This document shows, piece after piece, positions 56,936 to 64,000 of a stretch of DNA of 64,000 nucleotides. Where the stretch lies: the NCBI GenBank assembly GCA_951406725.2, contig OX597825.1, forward strand, positions 26,660,001 through 26,724,000, written 5' to 3'. A program made the position numbers and the translations under genes. The notes below the pieces were generated by a model, which made no database searches, was not told the origin of the DNA, and saw only the letters and a program-made list of their open reading frames with translations. This DNA is from Octopus vulgaris. Its lineage: Eukaryota. The stretch's first letter is position 1. The number at the start of each line of letters is the position of its first letter.

Positions 56936-57120
56936 GTATGTATGTATGTATATATGTATATATGTATATTGCTATTCTCTTCCAGAATCAATGATACCTC
57001 ATTCGCCAAAGAATATTACTCTATCAGGATAAGATGAACTCATTTGCATCTTACAGCGGAAACAACTGTGAACTAGTGCAGTTCATAAGATAATCGTTTA
57101 TTTCTTTCCATCACATTTTC

Positions 57121-57199
<79 letters not shown>

Positions 57200-57643
57200 T
57201 GTGTGTGTATGTGTGTGTATCTGTGTGTGATTGTGTATACGGGCACGTGTGTATTTGTGCGTTTGTGTGTGTATGTGTGTATTATCGGGTAAACTCGTAT
57301 GCTCGAGTCTCATTGACTAAGCTTATATTCTATAGATCGTATCAATATGGATCAAAACATCAACTATTTTATAGTTGCGGGGTATGTTAAAGAGATTATC
57401 GTAGTATCTAAAATATATTTGGTCAAGTTCACCCGAGTTCTGTTATCGCACCGATCAACACAAGATCCTACGTACGCAATCAGACAGACACACACACAAG
57501 TATAATTGCATTTTCCATTGTACATTCTACATTAAAGTTTTATGAATTCCTTAAACTATTTCAGCGTATAATTTTCCTTATTTCATATACCTATCTTTCT
57601 CTCTCTCTGACTCTCTCTTTCTCTCTTCCTCCCTCCCTCTCTC

Positions 57644-57679
<36 letters not shown>

Positions 57680-57793
57680 CATACGGGTATATATTTATTC
57701 TATTGTGTTGCATTAAAGGAGACCTCTAAACCAAGGCAGAACGAGTATTTCCTGGCAACTAAAATAATTTTATTGCTATAAAGTGAATTTGAA

Positions 57794-57869
57794 GTCTTAC
57801 AGCCGTTTCAGGGAAAACGCAACCAATGGGTTACCATGTCCGTGCTCTGGGTATTCTGTCATCAAAGAC
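57794..57869 (-). ncRNA. Hammerhead-like motif (C3U variant) in an old fold-back element
   Basis: Minus strand: GTCT-TTGATGA-[long stem II]-GAAA-CGGCTG-TA-AGAC. CGGCTGTAAGAC.TCAAATTCAC recurs on the plus strand at 58425. Confidence 0.55.
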
Positions 57870-57999
57870 AAAGTATGTATATTTTAGACTGGGAAAATTT
57901 ACCGTCTGAATAAAATTCAGAGTTTATAAGGAATAAAATAGAATAAAGTATAATAGAACAATAAAAAGTAAAAGTAGTTAGAAGAAAATGGGCAGGAGT

Positions 58000-58390
58000 T
58001 ACTCTCTTTACTCTTTTACTCTTTTACTTATTTCAGTCATTTGACTGCGGCCATGCTGGAGCACCGCCTTTAATCGAGCAACTCGACCCCGGGACTCATT
58101 CTTTTGTAAGCTCAGTACTTATTCTATCGGTCTATTTTGCCGAACCGCCAAGTAACGGGGACATAAACACACCAGCATCGGTTGTCAAGCAATGCTAGGG
58201 GGACAAACACAGACACACAAACACACACACACACCTATATATATACATATATACGACGGACTTCTCTCAGTTTCCGTCTACCAAATCCACTCACAAGGCT
58301 CTGGTCGGCCTGAGGCTATAGTAGAAGACACTTGCCCAAGGTGCCACGCAGTGGGACTGAACTCGGAACCATGTGGTTGGTAAACAAGCT
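58000..58390 (-). mobile_element. tRNA-derived SINE family B, near full-length
   Basis: B-box-like GAGTTCAGTCCC, CORE-like CCTTGGGCAAG, an internal (TG)n and an (AAAAGAGT)n tail. Several copies occur in the window. Confidence 0.85.
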
Positions 58391-58679
58391 CCTTTGGGAT
58401 AACCTATCTGGGTTATCCCAAAAGCGGCTGTAAGACCTCAAATTCACCTTACCCTAATGAAATTAATCTAAATGATTTGGTTTTGATGTTTCCTCTAGTA
58501 TAGCATATACATGGTATAACGGAAGCCTAACAAGGATTCCTAGATCCAAACTTAGATTTGATCTTGGAACCTACTGGTCGACTAAATATAACACTTACCC
58601 GGTGTACGTTTTCATTTAGATCTCACGGGTTAACTAAGCACTTCACTTTCTCTCTCTCTCTCTCTCTCTCTCCCTGTAT

Positions 58680-58758
<79 letters not shown>

Positions 58759-59108
58759 GTGTGTGTAAGGGGGCACGCAGAGGTGGATGGGTGGTAAGAA
58801 GTTTGCTTTTCAACAACATGTCTCCGGTTTCGATCTCGCAAAGTCGTACTTTCGGCCATTGTCATGTATATTTCATATATGTACGTATAACTTTTGCATT
58901 ATATATACTGTATACTGTATGTCCTGAAGCGATTGAAATCTTGTATCTTAAACAAGGCTGATGCTCCCTATATTTCGATGCGGCCATTCTGATCTCTATT
59001 GCATATCAGAGCACTAATAAGATACCTGCACGAATTTCAAAACCCTATTCCGTTACGTTATATATGTATGAATATATTTATGTGTATCTGTATATATGCA
59101 TGTATGCA

Positions 59109-59163
<55 letters not shown>

Positions 59164-59773
59164 CATAATTATATATTTATATATATATACATGCATAAAC
59201 TTTGTGTGTGTGAGAGAGAGAGGGAGTAATGTTATTATTTAGAGATATATGATTTAACTTAGCCTTGTTTTCAATATATTTGCAACTGCAAACCGTCACA
59301 CATTCTCATAGAGGAATAATTTTTCGCATTATGAAATCCATTTGCCAACACCAGAATCAAAAATGAAATTATCGCACGCAGTTTTAAAACAATCTCCACT
59401 CTTAATATATACATATACTACACATCAATCTAACTGTCTATTTGCATATTCTACTGCTTATTTTTATTTCTGATTCAGATTGCTTCAATAAGTTTAATTT
59501 ATTTTCATCTTGCCGAAATTTATGTATGGATGATGTTGATGTTCACCGAATACGTTTTATGTATGTTCATATAATTATATCTCATTTGCATTTTAAAGTT
59601 AAAAATGATATCCTGTGTTATGTCAGAATTGTGTTAGATGTAGATATAGGACATTCCGTTATTCATACAAGTGGTTCTAAATGGTGTTTATATTTTTTCT
59701 TTTTCAAATTGATTTTACTATTTATTAAATATTTAATTTGTTTCTTCCTTGTATATATGCCGGTATGCGTGTG

Positions 59774-59832
<59 letters not shown>

Positions 59833-59864
59833 ATACATATATATATATATATATATACTTAGAT

Positions 59865-59907
<43 letters not shown>

Positions 59908-60286
59908 ATTGATACAAATACACACATGATTATATAAATATATATACGTATATATATATATATATGTCTCACTCCCTGCCCGTCTCTATCTGCTCGAATA
60001 TATATATTTATATATATGTATATATACCCGTGCATATGCATGCATGCGTACGTATAAATGCGTGAGTCTATGCGTGCGTTGTGACTGCGGTTATGCAAGA
60101 GTATATTTGCGTTTGGTTACGTTCTTAGAGAACAGAATCACGTATAATAAACTATGAACCATATTATCAATAATGTCATGTTGTACACATAATTGAACGA
60201 AGAAGACAAGTGATGATGCGAGGTGTCTGCCTGCGTTATATCATGGCGTATGAATTAGCAAAATAAAATGCACTACGTGTGCCTCT

Positions 60287-60392
60287 GTGTGTGTGTGTAT
60301 ATATATACACACTTATGTATACACATATATGCATATATGTATGAATGAATGAATGAAAATATATGCATATATGCATATATATATATATATAC

Positions 60393-60428
<36 letters not shown>

Positions 60429-60470
60429 GTGTATATGTCTATCTATATATATATGTATATATGTACATAT

Positions 60471-60514
<44 letters not shown>

Positions 60515-60724
60515 TCATAAAATTATTTATATATGTGTATTTAAGATGTGTGTGTGTGTATATATACACACTTATGTATACACATATATGCATATATGTA
60601 TGAATGAATGAATGAAAATATATGCATATATGCGTATATATATATATATACATATGTATATATATATATATATATATATACACAGTATATATCTATCTAT
60701 ATATATATGTATATATGTACATAT

Positions 60725-60774
<50 letters not shown>

Positions 60775-60811
60775 TTACATTCATAAAATTATTTATATAT
60801 GTGTATTTAAG
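60287..60811 (+). repeat. Tandem duplication of an about 260-bp microsatellite-rich unit
   Basis: ACACACTTATGTATACAC...GAATGAATGAAAATATATGC...CATTCATAAAATTATTTATATATGTGTATTTAAG occurs twice, head to tail. Confidence 0.8.
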
Positions 60812-61258
60812 CTTGTGTACATATGTTTAAATAAACCCAATCAATTCACTTATTACTTTCAATTTCTATCCATTTTCACTCAACCCAAAATGTTCATCTT
60901 ACAATTATTTATTTTGTATTTCAATGTTTTTATATCACTGAACACATCTACAAAAATTATAAGTCTTCCGTCGACGACTTTCGATTCACTTAAATGAAAT
61001 ATTTATGAAATCACACGCATAGGTCTCTCTCTCTCTCTCTCTCACTCGCTTTGTATATATATATACTTACATATATGTATATTTATACACAATTTATATA
61101 TATGTATATATTTACTATGTACACAGTTACATATATATATATATATACACATATACGTATGTATATAAGCCTATATCTATCTATGTATCAACGTATATAT
61201 CTATCTCTTCCTCTCTATCCCTTTTTCTCTGTTTGCATATATATACATATACATATAC

Positions 61259-61326
<68 letters not shown>

Positions 61327-62589
61327 TTACTATATTTATATACATACCTCTGAAAACATATATACATGTATATAATGTATATATATATGTATATATGGTT
61401 TTATTTGTGTACTCACATCTCTGTATATTTCAGTGCATGTATGCATATATAAATATGTGTGTATTTGTGCGCGTTTGATTCTCTGTATGTTCTTGTACAT
61501 GTGCCTGTGTATTTCTGTGCGTTCATGCGTCTGTGTACGCGTGTGTGTGAGTAAATGTTAACCATATATAATATATATTTCTATATGATAACAACCTTAT
61601 GGAAACTAAATATACAATTTTACTCGAACAACGAAGGCTTTCAATACCAAATATATCAAAAACTGAATAGATACCTCCAAAGAAACAAACCCCTCTAATA
61701 TAATAACCATATATATAACCGGAAAACCAGGACAGATAAATTCATGTTATTTTCATTATGATCCTTGCAATTATTAATATTTTATTACGTCTCTCTTACA
61801 TTATCTTAAACTATTTGTATTTTATTCTGTATAGTGATATATCGAACGTTTGAAATCTATATAGCTTTGCCTCTATTTTAATAGCCATCTCTCTATATTT
61901 TATTCTATCCAGCTATCACATTTTCATAGCATGTGAAATCTATCATCTTTATAGCTGTCCCTCGCTTCCTTTACCTATATATCTCCTAATGAGAAGGTTC
62001 TTAATCATTTTCCATTCACATCCAGTAGCTTTGTCGTATGTTGCTTTAGGGTAGCCCCTCCGGCAAGATTCTTTTCAATGGATTGTACATAAAGTTACTA
62101 GTTGTAAACTACCTGGACGAATATTGTGTATATCTGTATACACTGCAGCCAGCTACAGTAACGTATGAATGAATGGTCAATAATATTAAACCTAAGCAAA
62201 GCAAACATGTACAAACTTACATACACACAAACAAGAAGGCTACTGGCAACTCGTACATACAAGCATGGCGAAATATAAAATGTATCTGACTCCTGACGAC
62301 ATGAATCATAAAGAAGTATCTTTGCAAAAGCAAGCACTGTAAGCTTATAAAACTGACATATATACATATTTCAGTGTATGGCATAGATTTGCACCACATA
62401 CCCCACTTCTCATACTTGATCTTGGCACTATGTCCCCGACAGGTAGGAATGATCGTGTTTCTTTCATCATTTCACCTCCTCAGATTAATTCATTTTTAGT
62501 CATGACGGGTAATCATGATGGGTATACCGGGCTTCGTATATTTTACCCCAGTGTCACTTTTATGGCATGCACTCTTCTCATTCAATAAC

Positions 62590-62605
62590 GATAATAATAA
62601 TAATA

Positions 62606-62704
<99 letters not shown>

Positions 62705-63011
62705 GGACAGAGGTAACTCCTCCAGAAGATATAGAAGCAAAAATAGAAGAGGAAGACACACGAGATGTGGAAATACCTTTACTTGATAACAATAGTACTC
62801 TTGTATATTGCTTCTATATCTTCTGGACGAGTTACCTCAGTCCTATATATATTGAGCAAAATGACGTAGATTGACAAGTGTTTTTTTGTAATCTGTGCAA
62901 GACGCACGAGATGCCGAAATATCCGCACTTCATAACAATGGCACTCTTCTAATTTTGATATTAATAATAATGATAATAATAATAATAATAATCATAATAA
63001 TAATAATAATC

Positions 63012-63062
<51 letters not shown>
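62590..63062. repeat. (AAT)n microsatellite tracts (62590-62703 and 62963-63062)
   Basis: Read directly. Confidence 0.9.
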
Positions 63063-63064
<2 letters not shown>

Positions 63065-63800
63065 TTCTTTCATTGGCTACGAGGGCCCAAGTCATGGAGG
63101 ACAATATCGAAGGACGCGTTATAACCCCCCAAAATTCAAAAAAACCTGTGGGATTAACAACAATGAAGAAAGACAGTCTACCACGTTAAAGGACATAACA
63201 GAGGACATGTAATAGAAAAAAGAAAAATAAATAGTAAATTTTTAAATAAATTTTATGCATAATAGCCGGGCAGTCCAATTACGGTAATCCGGGGTAAACC
63301 CCACACAAAATTCCGGGATTACTGTGCCATCCCCAAGGAAATGAAAAGTGCCCTCTTCCAGTTTCTTTCCTCCTACTTAGAAAAGCATATTCAGAATAGA
63401 TCCATTCAAACTTACCAGTCTTGCCAATGTCGACCACCTTTTACTAAACCTCTCTACCATCTCCTTCCTCTTTAAATGATATTTGAAGTAATTGATGAAG
63501 CTTGACCAAATAAGAAAATGCCTGATTTCAAACATTTTAGACGGGGCCAATCACACAGCCTCTTTTGCCACAGCCACTAAGCAGTGAAATATCTGCCTCC
63601 CTTCTCTGCTTAGTAAAGGTGGTGCGTCCATCTTCACTATGCCCTGGGCAGACAGCTTTATTCGTCTTACACGCGACAATAGCTGCCCCACACAATCCCA
63701 CGATTCTCTAATGCACGGACACTGAATTATTACATGCAGGACAGTGCCAGCCTCCTGCAAGCATCTAATAATAAGGTAGTTGGTGTGAAAATACGAACGT
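63062..63800 (-). mobile_element. 3' remnant of an L1/Tx1-clade LINE
   Basis: Minus peptide RCLQEAGTVLHVIIQCPCIRESW (CCHC zinc-knuckle-like C...E...H....C......W), then VAVAKEAV. The 3' UTR ends in (TTA)n. Confidence 0.6.
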
Positions 63801-64000
63801 CGGTAACAATGCATCGCTTGAAGCGTTTTAAATGTGATGCAGAACGAATACAATTACCGAGGAAAAGAATATGGCTCAATTTTAACATAATGTCAACTCT
63901 CCATGAGAATTTGCCACGCAGGAGATTCTGTCTAACTGTAACAATCAAGCGACGTGATTTTAAAGCTGAACCTGGAAAAGGAATATACCAAATAGTGGTA

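Overview
AT-rich, microsatellite-saturated animal genomic DNA. The SINE families and the (TA)n/(AAT)n density suggest a cephalopod such as Octopus, which is an inference. No host protein-coding gene can be called with confidence, and almost all ORFs in the track are translations of simple repeats. The main feature is a young Penelope-like retroelement (PLE, Neptune-type RT plus GIY-YIG endonuclease, about 38.3-43.2 kb). It forms a fold-back palindrome inside (TA)n, with a minimal hammerhead ribozyme (HHR) in each arm. The same architecture recurs in at least seven short non-coding or decayed elements of unrelated sequence (21.8, 23.4, 37.0, 43.4, 45.5, 55.1 and 57.7 kb): outward-pointing inverted arms, type I HHR cores and usually (TA)n flanks. 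This suggests a set of ribozyme-bearing, TA-targeting, non-autonomous fold-back PLE derivatives. The window also holds a decayed second-clade PLE (Naiad-like), RTE, CR1/L2 and L1/Tx1 LINE remnants, a mariner remnant, many tRNA-derived SINEs, a palindromic MITE-like element, and weak traces of a possible decayed membrane-protein gene.
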